The notes under the pieces were generated by a model, which saw only the letters and a program-made list of their open reading frames with translations, made no database searches and was not told the origin of the DNA. A program made the position numbers and the translations under genes. Shown in pieces: positions 18,033 through 27,174 of a DNA stretch of 64,000 nucleotides. The DNA comes from Fibrobacterota bacterium (GTDB lineage Bacteria > Fibrobacterota > Fibrobacteria > UBA5070), in contig JADKBN010000013.1 of NCBI GenBank assembly GCA_016715065.1, positions 64,588-128,587 on the forward strand, in the 5' to 3' direction. Each line of letters starts with the position of its first letter. Positions within the stretch are counted from its first letter, which is position 1.

Positions 18033-19234
18033 CAGCCTCCGTCGGCCTCGCGTGTCCACTTGAACCACCCCAGATGCCCGGCCACCGCCGAATACACGAA
18101 GATCCCCACCTGCAAGGGAAGGCACCAGAGGTAATCGAGCAGAGTGCCGAGTCTGCGAAACCGGATGGCGCCGACGGTCAAAAACAGCAGATCAAACGGC
18201 GTTTTGGCCAGCCAGACGCCCCACCAGAGGGCGCCTGGAATCAAGCCCAAAGCCCAGGGAAGCCAACCCAGCAACAGCCAGCACCACCATGCGAACACGC
18301 CCGCCAAGAGGGCCACATAGAGGGGGTTGTCGTAGCGGCTACCGTTGGAAGCCCAGCGGGCGCGTTGGTTCAGGGCTTGGCGCCAGGAATTGGCGGGGTG
18401 TGTGGGCACGGAAATGGAAGGATCCATCGCGTAGGCGGCTCGTCCGCCGGAGGCCATCATCCGGTGCACCAGCATGTCGTCGTCGCCCGACACCAGGCCT
18501 TCCATGCCGTGGAATCCGCCGGATTTGCGGTAGATGCTGGCGCGGTAGGCAAGCGATGGTGCGGAGGCCAAAAAAGGCCTGCCCAACGCGAACCCGGCAG
18601 CCTCGGCGGCCACGAAAGCGAGCATTTCCAGCCGTTGGTAGCGATGCACGGCCCGGCCATCGCCGAGGCAATGCTTGGGGCCTTGGACCACATCCACCTC
18701 TTGCGTGAAACAACTCACCAACGAAGACACCCAATGCGGAGGCGGTTGGCAATCGGCATCGGTGGTGATCAGGATTTCGCCGGTGGCCGCGTCCAGCCCA
18801 CGGGCGAGGGCGCGCTTTTTGGGGCTGGGAACGGCTGGTTCATGGGATGCCACCTGCACCAAACGGATGCGGGAGTCCTTGCGGGCCCAATCCCCCACGA
18901 TTTCCGCCGTGGAGTCGTCGGAACGATCATCCACGCACACCAGCTCCCAAGGGCCTTGGTAGTCTTGCAAATGGAGTGCGTGGAGGGTTTCGCCAGCGCA
19001 AGACTGCTCGTTGTGCATCGGGATCACCACCGTCACCGTGGGGCGCTCCCGGGACTGCACAGGGCGCCGAAGCCGCAACAATCCCCAGCTGAGCACCAGC
19101 AAAAAGCCGACATAGACCGCGGTGGTGCCCAAAACCAGGAGGGAAAAGACGATGGTGGCGATGCGTGGACCTCGAAGTTGATGGAGTGTGATGGCCGTCA
19201 CAGACAAGAGGGGTTTCGAAAACCTAGATCCCAC
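18032..19234 (-). CDS. Family 2 glycosyltransferase, membrane-embedded, 400 aa
   Basis: GT2 motifs are VTVVIPMHNEQ, CVDDRSDDST, ITTDADC and QRARWASN. The N- and C-terminal regions are multi-TM. Confidence 0.85.
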   Translation of the reverse strand: MGSRFSKPLLSVTAITLHQLRGPRIATIVFSLLVLGTTAVYVGFLLVLSWGLLRLRRPVQSRERPTVTVVIPMHNEQSCAGETLHALHLQDYQGPWELVCVDDRSDDSTAEIVGDWARKDSRIRLVQVASHEPAVPSPKKRALARGLDAATGEILITTDADCQPPPHWVSSLVSCFTQEVDVVQGPKHCLGDGRAVHRYQRLEMLAFVAAEAAGFALGRPFLASAPSLAYRASIYRKSGGFHGMEGLVSGDDDMLVHRMMASGGRAAYAMDPSISVPTHPANSWRQALNQRARWASNGSRYDNPLYVALLAGVFAWWCWLLLGWLPWALGLIPGALWWGVWLAKTPFDLLFLTVGAIRFRRLGTLLDYLWCLPLQVGIFVYSAVAGHLGWFKWTREADGG

Positions 19235-19386
19235 TTGTACAAGACAATGGATCCGACCGGGTCCGACGTGTCGGAAACCGCAATTTGAGGGGGCGTTTCG
19301 TGAACCAGATCAGCCAGAAGCCTTGCAAAGTTGCCCACCCAGGGGGTAGACTCCCTTGCAACACCCCCCCTTCGAACGGAGGAAGC

Positions 19387-20214
19387 ATGAAAACCGCGAT
19401 TTCACTCGCGCTGGCCATTTTGGTCGGTGCCCCTGGCCTGTGGGCACAGGATTGCACCGAAGGCGTGGACTGGACCAAGCGCGTGGTTTGCGCCAAGGGC
19501 ATCGGAGGGATCAACCCCAAGCAGCACCAGTCCGCCGCCCGTCCCGGTGCGATCCGCACCGCCCAGGTCTTGGCGTTGCGCCAGGCTTTGGAGCTGGTGA
19601 AGGGCATTCCCATCACCTCCACCACCACGGTGGCCAACGGGATGAGCTCCGACGACAACGTCCGCACCAAAGTGGAAGGCTTCGTGAAGGGGTTCCAGTT
19701 CGGGGCACCGCACTACATGGACGATTTGACCATCGAACTGTTTGTCCAGCTTCCTTTGGACGGCATTGGCGAGATCGTGATGCCCGCCTCCGTGGGAGTC
19801 AAGTCCAGCGTCCAGGCGTGGAGCTTCGGCGAGGACGGCAAAGGCGCACCCCCGCAAGGTCTGAGGTCCACCGTGTTCACCGGCCTGGTGGTGGATGCCC
19901 GCGGCCTGGGTGTTTTGCCCGCCTTGGCCCCGCGCATCTTGGAAAACGGCGGCAAGGAGCTGTACGGCACGGCCAACGTGGAGCAAGCCTGGGCGGCCAA
20001 ACACGGTTTGGCGGGCTACGCCAAGTCGTTGGACGCCGCGCGCGCCCTGAAGGATCGCGTGGGTGAGAACCCCTGCGTGATCAAGGCCGCTTCCGCCTCA
20101 GGCGCATCCAAGACCGACCTGGTGGTGAGCACCGAAGACGCCCTCTCGCTGAAGGGTGCCGCCCAGAATCTGAAATTCCTTTCCGAGGCCCGCGTGGTCT
20201 TCATCGTGGATTGA
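19387..20214 (+). CDS. Secreted protein with a putative LPP20/FlgP-like fold; first gene of a 3-gene operon
   Basis: The signal peptide is MKTAISLALAILVGAPGLWAQ. The GxG...RTAQVLALRQALELVKG pattern resembles LPP20-family lipoproteins. The family assignment is tentative. Confidence 0.55.
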   Translation: MKTAISLALAILVGAPGLWAQDCTEGVDWTKRVVCAKGIGGINPKQHQSAARPGAIRTAQVLALRQALELVKGIPITSTTTVANGMSSDDNVRTKVEGFVKGFQFGAPHYMDDLTIELFVQLPLDGIGEIVMPASVGVKSSVQAWSFGEDGKGAPPQGLRSTVFTGLVVDARGLGVLPALAPRILENGGKELYGTANVEQAWAAKHGLAGYAKSLDAARALKDRVGENPCVIKAASASGASKTDLVVSTEDALSLKGAAQNLKFLSEARVVFIVD

Positions 20215-21374
20215 GGAGCGATCACCCCATGAACCGACACCAAAGAATTCTGATCGCCGGCTGCACCCTGCTTGCCTTGAGTGGCTGCGGCCCCAAGCGC
20301 CAAGCGGCCGGCGCGATGGACGATGCCCGCGTGCATGCCGAACGCGGCAAACAATACGTGGACTCCCGCGACCTGGTCCGCGCCCGTGACGAATTCCGTC
20401 TGGCGCTGGAACTGGATGCCAAATACCCGGCCGCTTTGGCGGGATTGGCCGTGGTGGAAGCCCGCGAAGGTCGTTTCGACGATGCCTCCAAAAAAGCGGA
20501 TGCCGCCGTGAGCGCATCCCGCGATGTTCCCGATGGATTCGTGGCCCGCGCCATCGTGATCGCCGAGTCCAACCGTGCCAAGGATTCCGATGCATGGCTG
20601 TCCGCTGCCGAAGACGAATTCGAGAAGGCTCTCAAACGCGGCGAGAAGAATCCGGAAACCTGGCTGCGCCGTGCCCAGGTGCGCCAGATGGCGTTGCACC
20701 TGAAGGAAGCCGGCGAGGCCTACCGCAAGGTGTTGGAGATCGATGGGGCCTTCACCGAGGCGGCCAACGCCGGATGGGCCAGGCTCCAGAAGATCGAACG
20801 CGCCGGGCCTGTCACCAAAGTCGGCAAGCGCATCGCCTTGGCGGACACTCTGACGCGCGCCGATGCCGCGGTGCTCTATATCGCCGAGCTCCAATTGGAC
20901 CGGATCCTGGCGCGCACCCGCGGTGAAAAGGCGGACACGGCCTTCCGTGCGCCGGATGATCCGCGCAATGCGAAATCCACGGATTCCGCCAAGGCGGTGG
21001 CGCCGGACGTGACGGGCCACTGGGCCAAGAACTTTGTGCAGGACGCGGTGAAACTCGGGATGCGCGGCCTGCAGGTGGGAGCGGATGGCAATTTCCGTCC
21101 CAACCAGCCCCTCAATCGCGCCGAGTTCGCGCTGTTGGCGGAAGACGCCCTGATGGCCGCCCTTGGCGATAAGACCCTTGCCACCCGCTACATCGGGTCG
21201 CCGCCGCGGTTTTCGGATGTTTCGGCCGGGAGCCCGTATTTCAATGCGATTTGCGACGCGGTGGACCACAACGTCATGAATCCCAACGGTGACGGCTCCT
21301 TCGGGGCCCTGGCACCGGTCAGCGGCGCGGATGCCTTGCTGACCGTCCGTCTCATCAAGGATCTGCGCAAGTGA
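20211..21374 (+). CDS. Lipoprotein with TPR repeats and a C-terminal S-layer-homology (SLH)-like domain
   Basis: The lipobox is LALSGC. TPR-like helices are present. The SLH-like segment reads HWAKNFVQDAVKLGMRGLQ...PNQPLNRAEFALLAEDA. There is a 4-nt overlap with the upstream gene. Confidence 0.65.
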   Translation: MRSDHPMNRHQRILIAGCTLLALSGCGPKRQAAGAMDDARVHAERGKQYVDSRDLVRARDEFRLALELDAKYPAALAGLAVVEAREGRFDDASKKADAAVSASRDVPDGFVARAIVIAESNRAKDSDAWLSAAEDEFEKALKRGEKNPETWLRRAQVRQMALHLKEAGEAYRKVLEIDGAFTEAANAGWARLQKIERAGPVTKVGKRIALADTLTRADAAVLYIAELQLDRILARTRGEKADTAFRAPDDPRNAKSTDSAKAVAPDVTGHWAKNFVQDAVKLGMRGLQVGADGNFRPNQPLNRAEFALLAEDALMAALGDKTLATRYIGSPPRFSDVSAGSPYFNAICDAVDHNVMNPNGDGSFGALAPVSGADALLTVRLIKDLRK

Positions 21375-22507
21375 GCGCCCGTGGTCTGTGGATCGGGGTG
21401 CTCGCGCTGGCAGGGACGTTGTTCGCCCAAACCGCCGGGGATGTGCGCGTGGAAGCGACAGGATTTGGTCCCAGCATCGAGGCGGCCACAAGATCCGCGC
21501 AGCGATCGGCGGTGGAAAAGGGAATCGGGCAGGTGATCCAGAGCCAGACGGAACTGGAGAACTACCAACTGAAGAAGGACCTGGTCATCACGCGCGCGGA
21601 AGGCGCGGTGAAGTCGTTTGACATCAAGAAACGTGAACAGGGGCCTGACGGGGCCTGGGAAGTGACCATCGATGCGGTGGTCTCCAAGGCACAGATCCGT
21701 CAGGACCTGTTGGCGATGGCCATCTTGAGATCCGCCGTGGGAAATCCTCGTGTTTCCATTTTGGTCAAGGAATCCCTGTTGGGCGTGCCACGCTTGGATG
21801 GAGCGGTGGAACACCAGGTGGCCCAGGCCTTTTTGGATCGCGAGTTCAAGGTGATGAACCCGTCGGGCGCCATGCGCACGGAACGGGCTCGTGAAATGAC
21901 CCTGGCACTGGATGGCGACGCCAAGGTGGCCTCCGCTCTGGGCCAGGAAATGGGTGCGGAAGTGGTGATCGTGGGCACGGCCCAATCGCTGGAAGCCGAC
22001 ATGAGCCAGAATCCCTATTTCAAGAATTCGGGGATGAAGTCGGTGTCGGGCACGGTGGTGCTGAAGGCCATCGACGTGCAGACCCGCGAGATCCTCGCCA
22101 CATCCACTGCCGACGAAGCCGCTGTGCACCCCAATCCTTCGGCGGCGGGAACGCAGGCGCTGGAGAAGGCAGCCAAAAAAGCGCTCGATGCCGCCAAGAC
22201 GGGAATGATCGACCAATTGGTCAAGGCCTGGGAGAACAAGGCCAACAACGGGATGCATCTGAAGGTGACCGTTCGTGCCGTGCCCAATTTCGCGTCTTCC
22301 CAGATCGTGGAAGAAGACATCCGCTCCCAGGCGGTGTCTGCCGAGACCACCCGGTTCGCCGACAAGCTCATGACAATGGACGTGGTCTGGCGCGGCACCA
22401 TGGCCGATTTCTGTCAGGCCGTGGACGGACGCAAGATCAACAAGGACCGCAACACCCTGAACGTGGTGTCGCGCGAAGGCAATGCGGTGGTGATCGAGGT
22501 GAAATGA
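21371..22507 (+). CDS. Secreted protein with an LPP20-like N-terminal domain; third gene of the operon
   Basis: The signal peptide is MSARGLWIGVLALAGTLFAQ. An LPP20-like region follows (EATGFGPSIEAATRSAQRSAVEKGIGQVIQ). There is a 4-nt overlap with the upstream gene. Confidence 0.55.
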   Translation: MSARGLWIGVLALAGTLFAQTAGDVRVEATGFGPSIEAATRSAQRSAVEKGIGQVIQSQTELENYQLKKDLVITRAEGAVKSFDIKKREQGPDGAWEVTIDAVVSKAQIRQDLLAMAILRSAVGNPRVSILVKESLLGVPRLDGAVEHQVAQAFLDREFKVMNPSGAMRTERAREMTLALDGDAKVASALGQEMGAEVVIVGTAQSLEADMSQNPYFKNSGMKSVSGTVVLKAIDVQTREILATSTADEAAVHPNPSAAGTQALEKAAKKALDAAKTGMIDQLVKAWENKANNGMHLKVTVRAVPNFASSQIVEEDIRSQAVSAETTRFADKLMTMDVVWRGTMADFCQAVDGRKINKDRNTLNVVSREGNAVVIEVK

Positions 22508-22631
22508 TTCCTGGGCCATCCGGTGCGCGGATCGGCGCCCGGATGGATTCCGGCGCATCGGGACGGAAACGACGTTGCGCGGACGTGGATACGTTGTACG
22601 GTCGCGGAAAACGTTGTGGTTGTGGAAAACG

Positions 22632-22664
22632 TTGTAGAGACGCCCCGGCGGGGCGTCTCTACAA
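22632..22664. repeat. REP-like perfect palindrome with a 15-bp stem and 3-nt loop (ttgtagagacgcccc ggc ggggcgtctctacaa), between convergent genes
   Basis: I read it directly. A near-identical copy lies at 45535..45567. Confidence 0.75.
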
Positions 22665-22774
22665 TCGGTATCAACGTTTGGTTTCCGCGTTCGTTATTCA
22701 CGTTCGTAATCCACGCCGGAAATCCGCCGCCGTTTCCACGTCAATGGTGGGGACAATCGCCCCCCCGCATTTGT

Positions 22775-24700
22775 TCAGGGCACCGGCGTCTTCGCCACAA
22801 CCATGCCGTCGCGCAATTTCGGCATAGATCGCGTGTCGCCCGTGTACAATTTCCGTCCATCCAGCGATCGCACCTCGATCGCGCCGATCCAACCCTGCAA
22901 TCGTCCATCCACCACCATGGCGGTGACGGGGCGCGGGGAGGCGATGCCGGCGCGGGCCACGGAGCGCAGGGACACGCCGGATTTGGGTTCGTTCGCGTCC
23001 AGCAGCGCGGCGTACTTGGGGGCGGCCTTGCGCAGCGCGTCGCCCGTCAGGGCCGATTGCGCGTAGGTTTCCAGGTGCCCCCACGATCCGTATTTGCTTT
23101 CCCGTCCGCCCACGTACGAGAAGGCCGCGTACAGGGCGCAGTCCACCGAATCGTGCAGTTGGAGGTTTTTCAGGTAGAGGTCGTACATGCCCTGATCGAT
23201 CTGGGCGTCCCACACCGCCTGGTTGTAGGGCCAGTCGCCTTGGTTGTGCGGCTGGGCGTGCTGTCCGCCTTCGTACACCAGGAACTTGCCGATCTTGAAG
23301 GACTTGAGGATCCGTACCGTTTCCAGGGTCCAGAGCCGGGTGGTGTAGGTGAAGCCGATCCCGATGGCCTTCACAACGTCCGATGCCTTGACCGTGTCGG
23401 GCTTCTTCATCCAGCGGTCGTGGAAGTAGTTGTTGAGGAGCGAATCGTGGGCGCGCGGAATCACCGATTGGGGGATCGGGTCGCCTTCGCCGATCTCGAA
23501 ACCCATGTATCCGGCCACGGAAAACGCATCGGGACGGATCTTCATGGTATCGATCAGATAGCCCAGGATGCGACGGGAATTGTCCGTCCACGCATGCTGG
23601 CCGGTGGCCACGGTCACCAACCGCGAGCGCTGCGAAGCCCACACGGGTTCCCAGATCCGGAACAGTCGGCCCATCATCCATGCGTCCTTTTCCGGATGGC
23701 AGTAGCTGGCGGTATCGCCACAGACGCGAAGGCCCACCTTCTTCAAGCTGTCGCGGATGGGGTCGGCGGCGAGGAGGCCGTGGACCTTGGTGTCCCACGC
23801 CACGTCCATGCCGTTCTGGCCCACCCAGTGCGCCTGGTCGAATCCCCAGTTCCACACCTCGTTGGAGTATTCCACGTAGGTGTGCAGATCTTGTCGCAAG
23901 CTGTCGCGAAACAGCACGGCCAACTTTTGCAAGTAGTCGTCGTCGGCCGCGTGGGGAGTGCAGATCCAGGCGTGCGCGCCCAACTGGTTGGAAAGCGCGA
24001 TGGCGTGTTCCCATGGCATGCCCTTGCCTTCGCCGAAAGTGCGGTATCCGGGCACGGGGCGGTCCGACCACTTCACCTGGCGCGAGCCGTTGGTGGCGGT
24101 CCAGTCCATGAAGCGCAGCGCGTGGAACGCCTTCAGTCCGCGCACGAAGTCGGGATCGAACAGGGGCGCGCCGCCGGGAGTGGAGGCGTATTCGACTGGA
24201 GTCAGGTGCAGATCGCGGACGGGGTCGGCCGCATCGGAGGAGTCCACCGTCATCCAGGCGTGCTCGCAGCTTCCGTCGAAGCGGATCACCTTTCCGGAGG
24301 CGGCGGAGCGTTCGGAGGACCCGCCGTTCCAAGTGAGCTTCCCCTTGCCCTGGTAGGTCAGCGTGTAATCCCCCGCGCGACAATTGTTGACCATGGTCTT
24401 CATCTTGGTGCGGACCGATCCCACCATCTGCGGGGAGCGTGTGGGCCAGCCATCGGGCCGGATCGCCAGGCTGTCGGCGGTCTGGTCGTCCCATGGGCCA
24501 CCTTCGTGGTAGGCGATCCATGCGCCTGAACCGAGCATGGGGTCCAGATAAGGGACGCGATCCCAGTAGCTCGCGCCCTGGATGTTCATGGCCACGGGAA
24601 GGCTGGGCAAGGGGCCGGTCCAGGCGTGGAGGGTCAGCGAGGACACGGCGAGGGTCGCGCAGGTCGCGCGTGCGGCGCGGTGGAAAATCCGGGTGTTCAT
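22775..24700 (-). CDS. Secreted clan GH-A (GH5-like TIM-barrel) glycoside hydrolase, 641 aa
   Basis: It has a signal peptide. YVEYSNEVWNWG carries an NE acid/base-type motif, and LVYEGGQH is a candidate nucleophile region. The family assignment is tentative. Confidence 0.7.
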   Translation of the reverse strand: MNTRIFHRAARATCATLAVSSLTLHAWTGPLPSLPVAMNIQGASYWDRVPYLDPMLGSGAWIAYHEGGPWDDQTADSLAIRPDGWPTRSPQMVGSVRTKMKTMVNNCRAGDYTLTYQGKGKLTWNGGSSERSAASGKVIRFDGSCEHAWMTVDSSDAADPVRDLHLTPVEYASTPGGAPLFDPDFVRGLKAFHALRFMDWTATNGSRQVKWSDRPVPGYRTFGEGKGMPWEHAIALSNQLGAHAWICTPHAADDDYLQKLAVLFRDSLRQDLHTYVEYSNEVWNWGFDQAHWVGQNGMDVAWDTKVHGLLAADPIRDSLKKVGLRVCGDTASYCHPEKDAWMMGRLFRIWEPVWASQRSRLVTVATGQHAWTDNSRRILGYLIDTMKIRPDAFSVAGYMGFEIGEGDPIPQSVIPRAHDSLLNNYFHDRWMKKPDTVKASDVVKAIGIGFTYTTRLWTLETVRILKSFKIGKFLVYEGGQHAQPHNQGDWPYNQAVWDAQIDQGMYDLYLKNLQLHDSVDCALYAAFSYVGGRESKYGSWGHLETYAQSALTGDALRKAAPKYAALLDANEPKSGVSLRSVARAGIASPRPVTAMVVDGRLQGWIGAIEVRSLDGRKLYTGDTRSMPKLRDGMVVAKTPVP

Positions 24701-24722
24701 GGGAATCTCCTCGTTTCTTCTC

Positions 24723-26138
24723 TTAAGGGCAATTGGTTCGGATGTTCTGTCGCCAGCTGGCGCCGGCGAGCGAATCGAGTTTGGCGGCCAGGGGCGGATC
24801 CATCGGGCACAGCGAAAGCCCGTAGATCTCCAGGTGCGTGAGGGGCAGGCGGGCCATCGAGGCGGGCAGACGGGAAAGCGTGGAGCTGGACAGGCGCAGG
24901 TCGGTAAGGGAGGCCATGCTGCCCAGGGAATCGGGCAGTGCCGTCAGCGGGTTCTTGTCCAGTTGCAGGATGCGAAGCGACGGTAGACGTTCGAAGGAAT
25001 CGGGGAGCGCGGTCAGGAGATTGGTTTCGGCCCACAACTGGTCCAACGAATCCAAATGGTGGAAGCCGTCGGGAAGGGCTTGGATGCGATTTTGGAAGAT
25101 GCCCAGGATGCCCAGTCGCCGGAGCTGGATCAGACTCCGTGGCAGGGAATCCAGTTGGTTGGAGCCCAGTCCCAGGTACCAGAGTCGGCCAAGCTCCCCG
25201 AGCCAATCCGGGAGCTTGGCCAAATCGCACGAATCGAGATCCAGAATCCGCAGGGAGTCCATGCCCCGCACGGCACCGGGAAGCGAGTCCAGCGGATTGC
25301 GCGACAGGTCCAGCACATCGATGGACTTCAGGGCTCCGATGTTCCCAGGCAGCCTCCGGAGCCGGTTGCGGGAAAGGTCCAGTTCCAGGAGGAAGTTCAG
25401 GGATCCCAGTGCGGGGTGGATCTCCTGCAATCCCAGTCCGGCGAGGTCCAGGCGCGCGCGCCGACCGCGGATCGAAGAAGTGACGGAATCTGTCGAGATG
25501 TGCGCCAGTCCGGAAAGGTCCAGGAATCGCCGAAGCGCCAGGGAATCCATCGATCCATCGGCGGGCCAGATCGTTTCGATCGATGTGCCGGAGATCAGAA
25601 TCTTGCCCTGGGCGCCGGCGGGTAGGGCCACCGGGCCGTCGAAGCCTTCGCAGCGGATGCGCGCGGCGCCGGAGGGCAGAGCCTGGAAACGGACAGTGCC
25701 GTCGGCTCCCGCTTGCAATCTGCGCCCCAGGCCGGGCAGCGAGGCGCTCGCGCCGGGGCGCAATCCGGAAACGACCAGTTCGGAAAGGGGTGACACCACC
25801 ACTTTCGCCGAGCGCGCCGTGCCGCTGGGAAGGCTTTGGAAGGCGCCAGCGCTGTCGCCGGAGCGCACTTCGATCCAGACGCGCTGTGCCGATTCGCCCA
25901 GACGCACCACTCCGGATTCGTCTGTGCGCGCTTCCGAGGGCGCGCTGGTGGAGGTGTCGTCGTCGGGACGGGTCAGCACGCGGGCGTTGGCGATAGGCCT
26001 GTTCTGGGCGTCCACCACCGACACCTGGATGGTGTTGGTGGTCTCCGATCCGGTGCCTCCCGCGAGGCGGTCGTCCGACCCGCAGGACCAGAGTCCGAGC
26101 GTGGCCGCCGCCATCGCGATGGTTGTCCGGCGCGTCAT
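24723..26138 (-). CDS. Leucine-rich-repeat lipoprotein with an N-terminal carboxypeptidase-regulatory-like beta-sandwich domain
   Basis: The lipobox is LGLWSCG. Many LxxLxLxxNxL repeats occur (LDLSRNRLRRLPGNIGALKSIDVLDLSRNPLDSLP...). Confidence 0.85.
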   Translation of the reverse strand: MTRRTTIAMAAATLGLWSCGSDDRLAGGTGSETTNTIQVSVVDAQNRPIANARVLTRPDDDTSTSAPSEARTDESGVVRLGESAQRVWIEVRSGDSAGAFQSLPSGTARSAKVVVSPLSELVVSGLRPGASASLPGLGRRLQAGADGTVRFQALPSGAARIRCEGFDGPVALPAGAQGKILISGTSIETIWPADGSMDSLALRRFLDLSGLAHISTDSVTSSIRGRRARLDLAGLGLQEIHPALGSLNFLLELDLSRNRLRRLPGNIGALKSIDVLDLSRNPLDSLPGAVRGMDSLRILDLDSCDLAKLPDWLGELGRLWYLGLGSNQLDSLPRSLIQLRRLGILGIFQNRIQALPDGFHHLDSLDQLWAETNLLTALPDSFERLPSLRILQLDKNPLTALPDSLGSMASLTDLRLSSSTLSRLPASMARLPLTHLEIYGLSLCPMDPPLAAKLDSLAGASWRQNIRTNCP

Positions 26139-26974
26139 GTCGCGCCCCCGTCAAAATCCGACAGGGGAAAGGTTTGCAGGTTCACCTGGTAGACCACATC
26201 CGGCTTGCGGGCTTCCGCCGAAAGTTGGATCAGGCTGTCGCGCACGGCGGCCAGGCGTTCGCGCACCAGGGGCATGTCTTCCTGATCGAAACTCAACGTG
26301 AGGCTGGAAATGTCGCGTCGATCCGGATCGTGCCGTTCCAGGGCTTCCTTGGCCAGATCCATCATCTGTGCTTGGTAGCCTCGCACGGCGGCCTTGGCTC
26401 CTTCCGGCGGGCTCGCCACGAAGGCGTCCATCAGCTCCCAGCCCTTGGTTTTGCGCTTGACCAAGCCGAGCTCTTCCAGGAGCGCGATGGATGCGGTCAC
26501 CTCGGAAACGCTCACGGCGGGGCGGAGCATCCGGGAGATCCGTTCCGGTGTGGCTTTCGTTCCCAGCATGGCCAGCAGAGAGCGGACCGGGGCGTGGTAC
26601 CACCGACTGTAATAGGCCAGTTGGCGCTCGCCCAAGGTTTTGCGCTGCGGCGATTTGAGGCTCATCACCCGTTCGAAAGCCTCGGCGCGTTCGGTGGTCT
26701 CCTTGGCTTTGGCGAAGGCGACCAGGGCCGAGAAATAGGTGGATTCGCGCTCGCCCAATTTGCAGAGCCGACAGAACGGTTCCAGCGAACGCTGCGAGAG
26801 ATGCTCCTGGCCTTGCAGGACTTTCGCGATCCATCCGGCGTCCACACCGGTGCGCAAGGCCATCTGCCGATACGAGAAAAACCGGTCGGCCTCCTTGCGG
26901 GCCAGGTAGTGGTCGCGCAGGAAGGTCCGATAATCGAGGTAGCCGAAGATGTCGGGCGTCGAGCCGGAGTCCAT
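26135..26974 (-). CDS. TIGR02147-like HTH domain protein (Fibrobacter paralogous family-like)
   Basis: The protein is 279 aa. The N-terminal region FLRDHYLARKEADRFFSYRQMALRTGVDAGWIAKVLQG is HTH-like. The family name is recalled from memory, not searched. Confidence 0.55.
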   Translation of the reverse strand: MDSGSTPDIFGYLDYRTFLRDHYLARKEADRFFSYRQMALRTGVDAGWIAKVLQGQEHLSQRSLEPFCRLCKLGERESTYFSALVAFAKAKETTERAEAFERVMSLKSPQRKTLGERQLAYYSRWYHAPVRSLLAMLGTKATPERISRMLRPAVSVSEVTASIALLEELGLVKRKTKGWELMDAFVASPPEGAKAAVRGYQAQMMDLAKEALERHDPDRRDISSLTLSFDQEDMPLVRERLAAVRDSLIQLSAEARKPDVVYQVNLQTFPLSDFDGGAT

Positions 26975-27174
26975 CTTCCCACGATACCATCTTGAGGGGG
27001 TTTTCCGGGGGGCGGATCACCTGAAATCCGGTGAGGTAACCTCAACGCTCAAAGTCCCATATAAACGAGTCCATTGAGGACCGTCTTGGCGTTTCAATGG
27101 CCTTGTACCTCAACGCCGTGTGGCTTCCTTTTCCTTGCTGCCCACACCACTGGGCAAGGTTACCTTTGACCGCC

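Noticed and set aside
22523-22701. Short ORFs containing ETPRRGVST at 22414..22701, 22523.., 45131..45565 and 45537..45806, as a conserved small protein
   Set aside because: The shared peptide is just the translation of the REP-like palindrome gagacgccccgNcggggcgtctc. These are not genes.
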